Position numbers and translations under genes: made by a program. From the NCBI GenBank assembly GCA_963716475.1, contig OY970314.1, positions 303,226 to 352,980 of the forward strand: 49,755 bases of DNA, in the 5' to 3' direction. Positions 1 to 9,501 of the stretch are shown here, piece by piece; the first letter of the stretch is position 1, and each line of letters starts with the position of its first letter. Source of the DNA: Candidatus Woesebacteria bacterium (GTDB taxonomy: Bacteria > Patescibacteriota > Microgenomatia > UBA8517). Below the pieces are notes generated by a model. It was not told the origin of the DNA, did no database searches, and saw only the letters and a program-made list of their open reading frames with translations.

Positions 1-86
1 CTTCTTGCTAAACCAAAAGCCGCTGTAGCAGCTCCGGCGGCGGCGCCAATTCTTGTTAGGACGTTGATTTTACTAGGTCTTTCCAT
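1..86 (-). CDS. 5' end of an unidentified protein (partial, continues past window start)
   Basis: ATG at 86-84 (minus) opens a frame reading MERPSKINVLTRIGAAAGAATAAFGLAR... that runs off the window. The Ala/Gly-rich hydrophobic stretch resembles a signal or anchor. Too short to classify. Confidence 0.3.
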   Translation of the reverse strand, partial: MERPSKINVLTRIGAAAGAATAAFGLAR

Positions 87-195
87 GCGCAGTAGTATAT
101 CCCATAATGCCTATTAAGTCAAGCTTCTCAGTATACAAGAGCTAGTGTACCGTACTCGGAGTGGAAGGTCAAAATAATAATCATTTATCCGCATT

Positions 196-233
196 TTGAA
201 TGTAATGCAATTGTGATATATTAGATAAGGAGG
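196..233 (+). promoter_or_regulatory. candidate sigma70-type promoter plus RBS for the 238..762 gene
   Basis: TTGAAT (196-201), a 15-nt spacer, then the extended -10 TGaTATATT (214-222). A strong AAGGAGG sits at 227-233, 4 nt before ATG 238. The spacer is short, so the promoter part is tentative. Confidence 0.35.
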
Positions 234-237
234 GGTT

Positions 238-762
238 ATGGATAATACAAATATTTTACCAGCCGAGAGTCCAAAAAAGATAAATAAAGGTTTGGTATTT
301 CTGTTCTCAGGTGTGGTTGTTATTACGATATGCCTGGTTTCGTATTATTTATATATTCAATACGGTGTTGAGCATAGGGTGTCGAACCCAAGTACACAGA
401 GCCAAAATAATGACGCCATAAGTTATAAAAGTACGCCGTTTGTTTATACACGTTCGCTTAATCCTGCCAAAATCAGAGAACCATATACTGCGGTAGTAGA
501 GGCTGGGGTTTATTACCTCAATACGCAGATCGAGAATAATGCGGTAACAGGACTTCCTCCGGGTTTGAAGTTGACAGAGTGTTCGACGGAGTACAATAGT
601 GCCGTGCTCCCAAAAGATCTGACAAATATAAATTCACTCATTAAATGCACCATAGAAGGTACTCCTCAGAAAAGTGGTAATTTTACCGTTAGGGTCTATT
701 TTTCAGTTCCAGGAGAGACGGGAACTGTTTTCAAAGATCTTCAATTGGTGGTTAACCCGTAA
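238..762 (+). CDS. membrane-anchored protein with a putative Ig-like (cadherin/dystroglycan-type) domain
   Basis: 174-aa ORF with a strong RBS and one N-terminal TM helix (LVFLFSGVVVITICLVSYYLYI). The C-terminal segment LPPGLKL...IEGTPQKSGNFTVRVYF resembles the 'putative Ig' domain signature. Confidence 0.6.
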   Translation: MDNTNILPAESPKKINKGLVFLFSGVVVITICLVSYYLYIQYGVEHRVSNPSTQSQNNDAISYKSTPFVYTRSLNPAKIREPYTAVVEAGVYYLNTQIENNAVTGLPPGLKLTECSTEYNSAVLPKDLTNINSLIKCTIEGTPQKSGNFTVRVYFSVPGETGTVFKDLQLVVNP

Positions 763-789
763 ATTTGTCTACCTCGGCGATGTCTTGGC

Positions 790-1224
790 TTAAGGGACCG
801 CGCTAAAAAGATCTCCATTTGTGGAGACATCTGCGTCTTTTACCTGCCACCAGGCATGGCTATTAACTCGTAAAGTTGTATTGTCGGCACAAGTCGTTAC
901 ACCGTTGTTCATGGTTGCCTTTGCGGTTATGGTAGAAGTTCCGGCGGAAATACCCGTGGCGATTGTTGTATATGGAGAAGAACCAACACTGCCGGGACTT
1001 ACAGTAGCTACACCTGTTGCACCCGAGATAAAAGTGACATTCGAGATGGTTCCGTTTATCGGAGTAACGGTTGCGGTAAGAGTTGCAGTTTCTCCGATCT
1101 TGATGGTGGCAGGAGTGAGGCTAAGAGCACAGGATGCAAGTGGCGCGGCACCCACCTTGATCCAAGCCGCTATTGCCGGAAATAATACCAGAAGAAACAC
1201 CATTATTGACGTTTTCCTCCCCAT
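790..1224 (-). CDS. secreted Ig-like (Big_2-type) domain protein, possibly C-terminally truncated
   Basis: Signal-peptide-like N-terminus (MVFLLVLFPAIAAWIKVGAAP). A Thr/Ala/Gly-rich beta-sandwich-like segment reads ATLTATVTP...VTFISGATGVATVSP...GTSTITAKA. Preferred over the antisense ORF 821..1279. Confidence 0.6.
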   Translation of the reverse strand: MGRKTSIMVFLLVLFPAIAAWIKVGAAPLASCALSLTPATIKIGETATLTATVTPINGTISNVTFISGATGVATVSPGSVGSSPYTTIATGISAGTSTITAKATMNNGVTTCADNTTLRVNSHAWWQVKDADVSTNGDLFSAVP

Positions 1225-1315
1225 AGCTCAGGTTAGCAAATATGGTCCTTCGGTGCAAGGTCGCCGTTCATTTGAATAGATTATTAATATAAATTTCGGG
1301 GTTTATAATATGCGA

Positions 1316-2458
1316 CTATGGGTATTCCAGGTGACTTTGAGCAAGACCTAAAGTTATAAAAAGAATCCAAAACATCGGCGGTATCATATAGGTAGTGTCA
1401 AAAGTGAAGTTTATTATTAATACGATAATCATAAGCGGGTAAATTAAATAATCAACCTTTCGGATAACAAAGATATCTTTTATTACTTTATACAGCCAGA
1501 TGAAAAACGGTAGTCCCCAAATTCCTGTACCGATTAGAACCTCTAAAGGGAGGCTATGTGTATAAATGCTATTTGTTCTTCCTTGAATGCCAAACCTAAG
1601 TAAGTTGCTAAAATTTCCAAGACCAATTCCTAATGGACGCTTGTAAAAAGCATATATTGCCAGAAGATAATATTCCCTGTCCTTGAAAATTGGTTTGACC
1701 GCCCCCTCAAATAAGAAGATAACGCAAGCGGATATAAAAAGTAGCATAGCTGTTTTTTTATATTTGGAAAAGTCGGTATTTAAGAAAAAAAGATAAAAAA
1801 GGCCTGCAGCAAGAGAAATCAAGGCACTGCGTGAAAGAGATACCGCAATAAAAAACGTACTAATCGCCAAAACGGGGATGTAAATACGTTTCTTCTGTTT
1901 CAGCAGCCGATAAAGGGACATTATAAAAATAACGGCAAACAAATCCCCAATATGTACATGTAGGTATTGGGGGGCAGAATAAAATAGCGGCGTATTCATA
2001 AAATGAAATGGGTCATAAATATAATGGCTTATAAGGTATATTGCTCCCAAAATAATACTGGTAATTATTACTATATTTTCAAAAGAACACCTGAAAATTT
2101 TGTGCAGGTTATAAGAAGATATTAGGAAACAGGTTCCGCTTAAAAAAAGAAGGAAAAAATCGATTGAGTATCCGTGTTCGTAAAGAATTAAAAAAGGGAT
2201 TTGGATTAGGCAAAAAAGCAAAAGAAATATAGAGCCATTGGGGAATATAATTCTTTTATTCTTAATGTAGGCAAAAATTAGCAACTGAAAGCTAAAGATA
2301 GTCCCTACGATTTCGATAACCAGCCGGCTTATAGCGAAATCCGCCCAGAACCCTCCCCCGAGAAAACCGAATAAAAGAATAAGATAAAATATCGGCATCA
2401 CGTATAATATATTTTCCCTATTTAAATTATATAGAGTTACGACGTATAAAGAAACCAA
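1316..2458 (-). CDS. O-antigen ligase/polymerase-like (Wzy_C-type) polytopic membrane protein
   Basis: 380 aa with about 10 or more hydrophobic helices. It carries the motif SLSRSALISLAAGLFYLF, typical of the Wzy_C/O-antigen ligase family loop region. Confidence 0.65.
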   Translation of the reverse strand: MVSLYVVTLYNLNRENILYVMPIFYLILLFGFLGGGFWADFAISRLVIEIVGTIFSFQLLIFAYIKNKRIIFPNGSIFLLLFCLIQIPFLILYEHGYSIDFFLLFLSGTCFLISSYNLHKIFRCSFENIVIITSIILGAIYLISHYIYDPFHFMNTPLFYSAPQYLHVHIGDLFAVIFIMSLYRLLKQKKRIYIPVLAISTFFIAVSLSRSALISLAAGLFYLFFLNTDFSKYKKTAMLLFISACVIFLFEGAVKPIFKDREYYLLAIYAFYKRPLGIGLGNFSNLLRFGIQGRTNSIYTHSLPLEVLIGTGIWGLPFFIWLYKVIKDIFVIRKVDYLIYPLMIIVLIINFTFDTTYMIPPMFWILFITLGLAQSHLEYP

Positions 2459-2525
2459 ACAGTTTCATGAGTTCCTATACTGATTTCAAGCTATTTAATA
2501 GGCTATAATTAATTGTGGCTGGTTA

Positions 2526-3185
2526 ATGGCTGTTATGAAAAACTACATAAAATATTTACTGGCGGCAGTAGGATTTCTGGTTCTTATATTAACTTCAGAG
2601 GTAATTTACAGGGTTAAAAACGTTCCGGAGTTTTCCCAAACTGTATATAGAGTGCTTGCTAAGCAAACGGCTTCCTTAAATAATATAAAGAGTTCCCTAA
2701 ATTTTTTAGAGAAAGCGGCTCAAGTGACGATCAAAATAAACGCCAAAATATTTCCGGAGTATAATCAGGAAAGTTATTCAAAAATTAATTATGACTCAAG
2801 AAATCAAGAGTTTCAAAAGGAATACAAAAACTACATTACCCATATTTCAAGCCTTGATTCCAGCCAGGATAAAGCCCGACATTTAGCTAAAATCTTTTAT
2901 GACCTTGGGCTCATTGCATATAAAACCGGTGGAAAAAGTATGGTTGTATATTTTTTTCAAACTGCTATTTTTCTAGACCCGTATTTCAGTTATTACCATG
3001 TTGAACTTGCGAATTATTATTTGGCGCAAGGTGAAAGGAGCCAAGCAGAAAAGGCTATTGAATTCTGTTTAAAATTTGACGTAACTATCGAGCATTGTAA
3101 TGAATATCAGAATGACAACCTTCAAATAAACTATCCCGAAGAGGTTGGTTTTTTAAAGCAAAGAGTGGAATTGTTTGTTAAATAG
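2526..3185 (+). CDS. membrane-anchored TPR-like repeat protein
   Basis: N-terminal TM helix (LLAAVGFLVLILTS). The C-terminal helical repeats LAKIFYDLGLIAYKTGG...FFQTAIFLDPYFSYYHVELANYYLAQGERSQAEKAIEFCLKFD look like TPR units. Confidence 0.5.
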   Translation: MAVMKNYIKYLLAAVGFLVLILTSEVIYRVKNVPEFSQTVYRVLAKQTASLNNIKSSLNFLEKAAQVTIKINAKIFPEYNQESYSKINYDSRNQEFQKEYKNYITHISSLDSSQDKARHLAKIFYDLGLIAYKTGGKSMVVYFFQTAIFLDPYFSYYHVELANYYLAQGERSQAEKAIEFCLKFDVTIEHCNEYQNDNLQINYPEEVGFLKQRVELFVK

Positions 3186-3989
3186 AAAACGGTCTTTGAA
3201 TATGAAATGGTTGCAAAGCTGTAAAAATACTTTATATATGAACGATAAATTTGTTACCGTATAGCGCTGCCATAATCTTTGTGGATCTTGTGTTAAACGA
3301 AATAACCATTCGAAACCAATACTTTGCACCCAACCTGGGGCCTGTTTGACATTCCCGCTCAAAAAATCAAAGGCCGCCCCCACTCCAATCAATACGTTTG
3401 CGTTTAACTTTTTTCTATTTTCAATCATCCAATATTCCTGGTAAGGACACCCAAGTCCTATAAAAACAAATTGAGCTTTGGATGTGTTTAATTTCTTAAT
3501 TATTTTATTATTATCATCATCAGGTATCGGTCGCTTGGGAGTTTCTATATAATCAATAACGTCGAGTGTTGGGTAAAGTAGATTGATTTTTTTTGATAGC
3601 TTATGTAACACTCCTTTTGTTCCCCCAAAGAAGAAAACTTTATAGTTATTTTTACTCGAAAATTGGCAGAGTTTATCCATTAAAACAGGTCCGTAAACCC
3701 TTCCGGCTTTATTTCCGTAAAGATTTGACAACCATACAAGTGGCATTCCATCCGGGGTGATTAAACCGGAATTATTTATTCCATTCAAAAGTTTAATGTC
3801 TTTTTGACACTCCATTATCGAATGGACATTTGAAACACATATATATTTTTTTTGGTTTTTGTCAATCCAATTCTTTATAATAGACAATGTTTTGGGATAC
3901 GTTATTGCGTTGACTTTTACCCCCAAAATAGAAGTATGGTTGGTGTCTTTATCCGGAAGTGATTTTATAATTTTTCGTTCTTTATCCAT
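3153..3989 (-). CDS. WecG/TagA/CpsF-family (GT26) glycosyltransferase
   Basis: ILGVKVNAIT...VSNVHSIMECQKD...LITPDGMPLVWLS...RVYGPVLM...FFFGG...FIGLGCPYQEYW...GVGAAFDFLSG...AP.W....GFEWLFRL matches the GT26 family pattern along its whole length. Confidence 0.85.
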   Translation of the reverse strand: MDKERKIIKSLPDKDTNHTSILGVKVNAITYPKTLSIIKNWIDKNQKKYICVSNVHSIMECQKDIKLLNGINNSGLITPDGMPLVWLSNLYGNKAGRVYGPVLMDKLCQFSSKNNYKVFFFGGTKGVLHKLSKKINLLYPTLDVIDYIETPKRPIPDDDNNKIIKKLNTSKAQFVFIGLGCPYQEYWMIENRKKLNANVLIGVGAAFDFLSGNVKQAPGWVQSIGFEWLFRLTQDPQRLWQRYTVTNLSFIYKVFLQLCNHFIFKDRFLFNKQFHSLL

Positions 3990-4867
3990 TTTGATTTAGT
4001 AAACCTTTTCGAGACGCTGAGCCACCCGGGCAGATAACGCCATCTATTTTTTTCTTTATCATAAAAAATTTGTGATGATGCTCCGATTTTTCTAATTACA
4101 AAGTGTACAAATAACCTGATTGGAAAAAAGATAATTCGTAATAATTTAGGAAAAGGAACACCTATTTCCTTAAAATAGGTACCAAGTTCTTTTGTCTTAC
4201 GATGGGGATTTAATCTGAAGGCAGCTAAGCTGGTAAGAACCGGGGTTAACTCTGCATACTTGGCAAAATTTTTCCATAATTTGTAGTCTATGCTTAAGTT
4301 GACCCGTTCAACCTTTCCACCGGATTTATCCCACAGTCTCCGCCTCCAGAAAGTCCCTTCTTGCATGATGAAGCCCAAACATGCCCCGTGATAAAAACCT
4401 AATTTTATTAATTTATTTATATAGGCGGGTTTAAAACCTATATGCATGTTGAATCCTTCCTGATTTATGGTTGTTGGTCTTCCTGTAAGCCACTCAGTAT
4501 CCGGTAATTGGCCGAAGATGTTTGCGACCAAGTTTAGTGTTCCGGGCATTAGTATATCGTCGCTATTTAGCCAGGTCATTATCTCACCCGTTGTCTTTGC
4601 AAAACCTTTATTTATAGCGTCCCATTGGCCTTCGTCTTTTTCACTTTGCCAAAATTTGAGTCTACCAGAATATTTTCTAATAATTTTCGAACTTTCGTCA
4701 CTTGACCCGCCATCCATAATGACATATTCCAAATTTGGATAATTTTGTGACAAAATCGAAACGATTGTTTGTTCTAAAAACTTTCCTTGATTTAAAGAAG
4801 GAGTAACGATAGAAATTTTTGGTATTTTTATCATTTGCCCATTATAATGATGTAACCTGAGGGTCAA
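3965..4867 (-). CDS. family 2 glycosyltransferase
   Basis: ISIVTPSLNQGKFLEQTIVSILSQNYPNLEYVIMDGGSSDES is a canonical GT2 N-terminus, and NSDD follows as the DxD-like motif. The start is either TTG 4867 (TTGA overlap with the upstream stop) or ATG 4834. Confidence 0.85.
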   Translation of the reverse strand: MTLRLHHYNGQMIKIPKISIVTPSLNQGKFLEQTIVSILSQNYPNLEYVIMDGGSSDESSKIIRKYSGRLKFWQSEKDEGQWDAINKGFAKTTGEIMTWLNSDDILMPGTLNLVANIFGQLPDTEWLTGRPTTINQEGFNMHIGFKPAYINKLIKLGFYHGACLGFIMQEGTFWRRRLWDKSGGKVERVNLSIDYKLWKNFAKYAELTPVLTSLAAFRLNPHRKTKELGTYFKEIGVPFPKLLRIIFFPIRLFVHFVIRKIGASSQIFYDKEKNRWRYLPGWLSVSKRFTKSKWIKNEKL

Positions 4868-5769
4868 TTTTTTTCCGTAACTGACGTAACAGTTAGAGTA
4901 ATATTTAAATTTTCAAAACTCAGAATTATAGAATGCCCTATATTTAGAGATTGCTCTTTTTGAAAGAAATAACCATCCCCAACTTTATCTGCCAAAATAT
5001 TTAGAGTTGTTTCAACATGTTTTGTACCTGGGTCGACTGCTGTTTGATAGAAACCGTTTTGTATAGAAGTAACTTTTCCGGGTGTTTTGTTAACAGATAT
5101 AATTTCCGCCGCAGTTTGTCCATTACTGTCAATTATTTTTAACCCCGGTTTTATTTGGTCAGCCAGAAAGTTTTTAATGCCATCGACAGTTACACCGTTA
5201 AGAATTGCAACCTGTTGAAATGATGCAAAATCATTATTATTAACCGGATCTAAAAAACCGGTAACCGAGAACATTTTTTGCTCTCTTGGCTTCCCGCTAG
5301 TATTAATATCAATAATCACCCCACTGAAAACTATATTCTGGAGCTGGAAGGTACGATAATCGCCTATAAGAAGCGGCAAGTTATCATAGGAATATTGACC
5401 GGTATGTCTATTGTAAACACTGCTAATTTTCAAAGTAACAAAAATATCTTGATTAACGTCGTTGGATGGATATTTGTAAACATCGAGCACCTCAAGGACT
5501 GTGCTTCCCAATTGGCCTTCTTCTTTAAGACCTTTTTTAAGATTCTCTATAAAGAGCTGTCTCGGGAAATTATAATAGGCAGGTGCACTGTTATAGTTAA
5601 GAAGCCGGACCGTAACCATGATGTCTTCACTGCGCCTGGTTAGGAAAAGGAATGCAATTAGTAGTATAAAGAAAAATACGGAAATCCCTAAAATCTCAAT
5701 CCATTTTAGTTTTTCGGATTTTTCGATTACGAACTTATAAAACTTGTTCTTTTGGAAGTATTTTAGCAT
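4864..5769 (-). CDS. hypothetical membrane-anchored protein
   Basis: 301-aa ORF inside the glycan operon. It has one TM helix (ILGISVFFFILLIAFLFL) followed by a soluble beta-rich region. No motif I recognise. Confidence 0.5.
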   Translation of the reverse strand: MLKYFQKNKFYKFVIEKSEKLKWIEILGISVFFFILLIAFLFLTRRSEDIMVTVRLLNYNSAPAYYNFPRQLFIENLKKGLKEEGQLGSTVLEVLDVYKYPSNDVNQDIFVTLKISSVYNRHTGQYSYDNLPLLIGDYRTFQLQNIVFSGVIIDINTSGKPREQKMFSVTGFLDPVNNNDFASFQQVAILNGVTVDGIKNFLADQIKPGLKIIDSNGQTAAEIISVNKTPGKVTSIQNGFYQTAVDPGTKHVETTLNILADKVGDGYFFQKEQSLNIGHSIILSFENLNITLTVTSVTEKN

Positions 5770-7285
5770 GAATTTTTGTATCTAAGAGTATACATGTAAT
5801 CAAAATATTTAGCGAGAATAGGTTCACAAAGGGTTGAAATAGCATCATAGAATATACCGCCAGAAATCCGGCAACGATAGTGACTTTGATTGTTTTTGAG
5901 AAATTAGATTTATTTGTGGCTTTGAATAAAAAATATAAACCCGCCAGATATGCAAACACCGGCAAGAACCCTCTCTCAGCTACGAATAAGATAAAACCAT
6001 CATGGACATATTCGGGGAAAAATCTTATAAATCCCAGAGGATTGAAATTATACAATGCCGAGATATACATTCCATTTCCTACGCCAAGAAGGGGTGATCT
6101 ATAAATTAATTGTATAGCATCCGATATCTGGGATCCCCTGGTTGTTAATCCTCCCGTATCAGATAGACTAAATATTGAGTAGTAAGCCCGATTAGAAATA
6201 AGATATATGAAAAAGATTCCAATTAATAAGATAGGTATTTTCGATTTATTAAAATATCTGAGGCAAAATTTTAAGCCCTTTATGGTGGAGTTGTAATTTA
6301 AGATTAACAATATCAATAAAAAGATGCCCAGACTTAAATAGGCGGAGCGGCTAATAGTTAAGATTATTATACTTACGGATAGAATTGCAGAGGATATAAT
6401 CATAAAATTGGAAATTCTTTTTGGTAATAAATCTTTTATTATTAACCATATTAATATAAGCGAGCTTAGAAGAGTTACCTGCCAATTTGCCAGCGAGTTT
6501 GCATGATAACTTAAGCCAATAGGCCTGAAAGATGTCTGATCTTCGTCTACACCAAAGCCAAAAGTCGGTATTGTTGTATATTTTTCAATTGTTAAACCTA
6601 TCACACCCCGTTTGATAAATTGTACGTAGGTTATTCCGGCTTCGAATACTAACATAAAGAACAATATGAAGAAGAAAGTGATGAGCATTTGAGAAACATT
6701 CTTTTTTGAGGCATTACGAAAATACATGATTGTGATAATTAGCCAGGCCAAAAAGGAGAATTCGGTAGTTGTATACAAAAGTGATAGGCCTGGGAAAAAG
6801 TTTGCTAAAGATGAGGAGAAGAAAAAAAGAGCAAAGGTTATCAAGAAAAATACCAAATATAAATTTCCGAAAACTTTAATATCCGAATTCTTGGGTGATT
6901 GTTTATTCTTTCTTTTAAACAGTTTAGATATAACCAAAACGTATAAAACGATAATTGTAGTTATCGATATTATAAAAAAGGGAGAAAATGTAAAAGAAAT
7001 AATTCTGCCATTAGGGTATATTGGATTAAATATTGCCCATGCCGGAACAGCAACATAGGTGAACACTCTTCCAACATCCATAAGCCAGAAAGGAAAAAAA
7101 CTGTAGAAAATGGTTTTTTGTATAGATTTTGTAGAAAATACAAGAAAAACAAAATAAATCAGACTTATCACAAAGAGTAAGGTATGAGAAGGAATTATCG
7201 TAGAAACGAAAAAAAATATAACAGTAGAAAATAGAGGTACCCTTTCAACCTTAAGTGATGATAGGAGATTATTAATAGATTTCAT
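5735..7285 (-). CDS. O-antigen ligase/polymerase-like polytopic membrane protein (second copy, larger)
   Basis: 516 aa and highly hydrophobic. It has the motif LTISRSAYLSLGIFLLILL followed by a periplasmic-type loop, as in Wzy_C family proteins. Confidence 0.65.
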   Translation of the reverse strand: MKSINNLLSSLKVERVPLFSTVIFFFVSTIIPSHTLLFVISLIYFVFLVFSTKSIQKTIFYSFFPFWLMDVGRVFTYVAVPAWAIFNPIYPNGRIISFTFSPFFIISITTIIVLYVLVISKLFKRKNKQSPKNSDIKVFGNLYLVFFLITFALFFFSSSLANFFPGLSLLYTTTEFSFLAWLIITIMYFRNASKKNVSQMLITFFFILFFMLVFEAGITYVQFIKRGVIGLTIEKYTTIPTFGFGVDEDQTSFRPIGLSYHANSLANWQVTLLSSLILIWLIIKDLLPKRISNFMIISSAILSVSIIILTISRSAYLSLGIFLLILLILNYNSTIKGLKFCLRYFNKSKIPILLIGIFFIYLISNRAYYSIFSLSDTGGLTTRGSQISDAIQLIYRSPLLGVGNGMYISALYNFNPLGFIRFFPEYVHDGFILFVAERGFLPVFAYLAGLYFLFKATNKSNFSKTIKVTIVAGFLAVYSMMLFQPFVNLFSLNILITCILLDTKIHAKILPKEQVL

Positions 7286-7293
7286 AGCGTTTT

Positions 7294-8208
7294 TTATGCC
7301 TTATAACTCAAGTATCCTTTTAAATATGAACCTTCGTAAATTAATATGGCGATTACGACGAGAATCCTAAAATAAAGCGGAGCCGTTAAATTGTTTGTAT
7401 ACCGAGCGAAATCTAATGGAAAAATTTTTATCTTTCTATATATCCAAATTAACAGATTTCTTTCCGGGAAACCCACAAATTTATTGTCTAGACTCCATTT
7501 TTTGTTAATATAGCCGGCTATTCTTCCACGGTAGTAAGCTCGCATAATATACCTTTTGAAAGTTGATGTTTCCTCATGCGTTAATCTCAATTTATTTAAA
7601 TAGATTCCTTTTAATTTATTACGATTTAGCTGTATGCCAAAATCAAAATCTGCAGAATCAAAATCTTTGACTGCGCATTTTGGGTCAAATTTCAGGTTTT
7701 TGCCGAGAATAAGATCCTTGTTTAAAACTACGTTTTTAGTATCAAAGTGTTCCGCGGTAGTTTCATTGTTTTTACCCAATTTTTTAAAATACCAATACCA
7801 ATCATGAGTTTGCTGAGCGATAGCCAAAATATCTCCGTTGTTATAAAGGTCTGTTTTACCACACACATAGGCTACGTTTTTGTTTTTTCTTAGCCATACG
7901 GTGACATTTTCGACCCATCTATCATTAAGGATACAGTCGTCGTCTACAAATCCCAGATATTTTGTATTGGCTTTGCCTAAAGCTATATTTCTGGAATTAG
8001 AAACACCGGTTTTTTCCCCAACGAGGTATCTTACAGAAAGTTTTTTGTCATATTTCTTAAAAATCGGAAACGCGGATTTACTAGAATCATTGTCGATTAT
8101 CAGGACACTTTTTGGTCTTAAGCTTTGTTTATATATACTTTTTAAACATCTGGATAATTTGTCCGGCCTTCGTCTGGTAACTATTGCTATGGTTAATTCA
8201 GTATTCAT
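7294..8208 (-). CDS. family 2 glycosyltransferase
   Basis: LTIAIVTRRRPDKLSRCLKSIYKQS...VLIIDNDS...LGFVDDDC shows the GT2 Rossmann N-terminus and DxD motifs. Confidence 0.8.
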   Translation of the reverse strand: MNTELTIAIVTRRRPDKLSRCLKSIYKQSLRPKSVLIIDNDSSKSAFPIFKKYDKKLSVRYLVGEKTGVSNSRNIALGKANTKYLGFVDDDCILNDRWVENVTVWLRKNKNVAYVCGKTDLYNNGDILAIAQQTHDWYWYFKKLGKNNETTAEHFDTKNVVLNKDLILGKNLKFDPKCAVKDFDSADFDFGIQLNRNKLKGIYLNKLRLTHEETSTFKRYIMRAYYRGRIAGYINKKWSLDNKFVGFPERNLLIWIYRKIKIFPLDFARYTNNLTAPLYFRILVVIAILIYEGSYLKGYLSYKA

Positions 8209-8271
8209 AATTTACAATTTTACTTTTTACGCGATCGGACTTTTTACAACAGTATTATATAATAAACGGAT

Positions 8272-9501
8272 ATGTGGAGAATCAGGATGAAAAATCTTTT
8301 GGAAAGAAATACTAAAATAAACGTTTTTAGCGAATTAACGAATATTCATAGAGAAAGCAGACACATTGCCAAAATAATAAATGACAATCTCACTCCCCTA
8401 TTTATTTCTGACTCAAAAATTTTGGAGAAAGGGCTTAACAATCTTGAAGAATCTTGCAAAAATAACTGGGACAACTTTCAAATAGCATATTCATTCAAAA
8501 CAAATTATGAGATTGCACGATTGAAAATTCTTAAGGATCACGGTTTGTGGGCAGAAGTAGTCTCCGGTTGGGAATACCAAATGGCAAAAAAAATAGGATA
8601 TAGAGGGCGGGAGATCGTTTTTAACGGTCCTTCAAAAACAAGTTCGGACCTGGATATTGCTCTAAATGACGGAGTCTTAGTTTTTGTAGATAATTTCGAA
8701 GAGCTTGAAAAAGTTAGAAAAATAGCCGGCTTACAAAAAAAGAATTTCAAAATTGGTATAAGACTTAAAACCAAAATTCCAAGACTTTACGAAAGTCGTT
8801 TTGGTTTTTCTGTTGACAACGATGAAGCCTCTAAAGCTGTTTCTCTAATTGAAAAAGACCCGCATATAAATTTAGCAGGTCTGCACATGCACATTGGGTC
8901 TGATATTGATAACCCTAAAATATATAGATTTGCTGCGTCTGCTATGACTAACTTTATAAAAAATAATATAAAGGATTTTGAAAATAAAATTAAATATTTG
9001 GATTTTGGAGGCGGATTTCCATCCCATGGTCTACCACCTTATGGAAGGTTGAGATGGAATCCCAGATCGATTGAAAAATATGTTAATGTTATTTCTAGTC
9101 AACTTCTTAAGATTTTTAAAGATAGAAAACCCACCCTAATTTTTGAACCCGGAAGGTATCTGGTGGATGATGCTGTTTTCTTCGTGACAAAAGTGACCAG
9201 TTGCAGAGATAAAGAAGCCGGTCAAATTTTGACTACCGATGCAACTATTACAATGTTACCCCTTGTACAATATAGACCTCAGATAGTAAAAATTTATGAC
9301 AAAGACATGAAAGAAAAGAAATCGCAGATTTTAAATACAATAGTCTACGGTGCATCTTGCAGAGAGAACGATATTTTATATGATAAACCCCTGCCAAAAG
9401 CCAAAGTCGGAGATGTTCTTATTTATTATGTAACGGGTGCCTATAACCAAAACATGGCGAGTGAATTTATATTTAATAAGCCAAAAAGTTATTTTTTTTG
9501 A
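8272..9501 (+). CDS. type III PLP-dependent decarboxylase (Orn/DAP/Arg decarboxylase family)
   Basis: The family motifs appear in order: YSFKTNY (PLP lysine), HMHIGS, LDFGGGFP, EPGRYLV, YGASCRENDIL, TGAYN. The likely true start is ATG 8287, 8 nt after a GGAG. Confidence 0.85.
   Translation: MWRIRMKNLLERNTKINVFSELTNIHRESRHIAKIINDNLTPLFISDSKILEKGLNNLEESCKNNWDNFQIAYSFKTNYEIARLKILKDHGLWAEVVSGWEYQMAKKIGYRGREIVFNGPSKTSSDLDIALNDGVLVFVDNFEELEKVRKIAGLQKKNFKIGIRLKTKIPRLYESRFGFSVDNDEASKAVSLIEKDPHINLAGLHMHIGSDIDNPKIYRFAASAMTNFIKNNIKDFENKIKYLDFGGGFPSHGLPPYGRLRWNPRSIEKYVNVISSQLLKIFKDRKPTLIFEPGRYLVDDAVFFVTKVTSCRDKEAGQILTTDATITMLPLVQYRPQIVKIYDKDMKEKKSQILNTIVYGASCRENDILYDKPLPKAKVGDVLIYYVTGAYNQNMASEFIFNKPKSYFF

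Noticed and set aside
821-1279. 152-aa plus-strand ORF overlapping the Ig-like gene
   Set aside because: It is antisense to an ORF that has a convincing signal peptide and Ig-like repeats. Its own product (METSASFTCHQAWLLTRKVV...) has no protein-like features. It is open only because of the local GC-rich, Ala/Thr/Gly codon composition.
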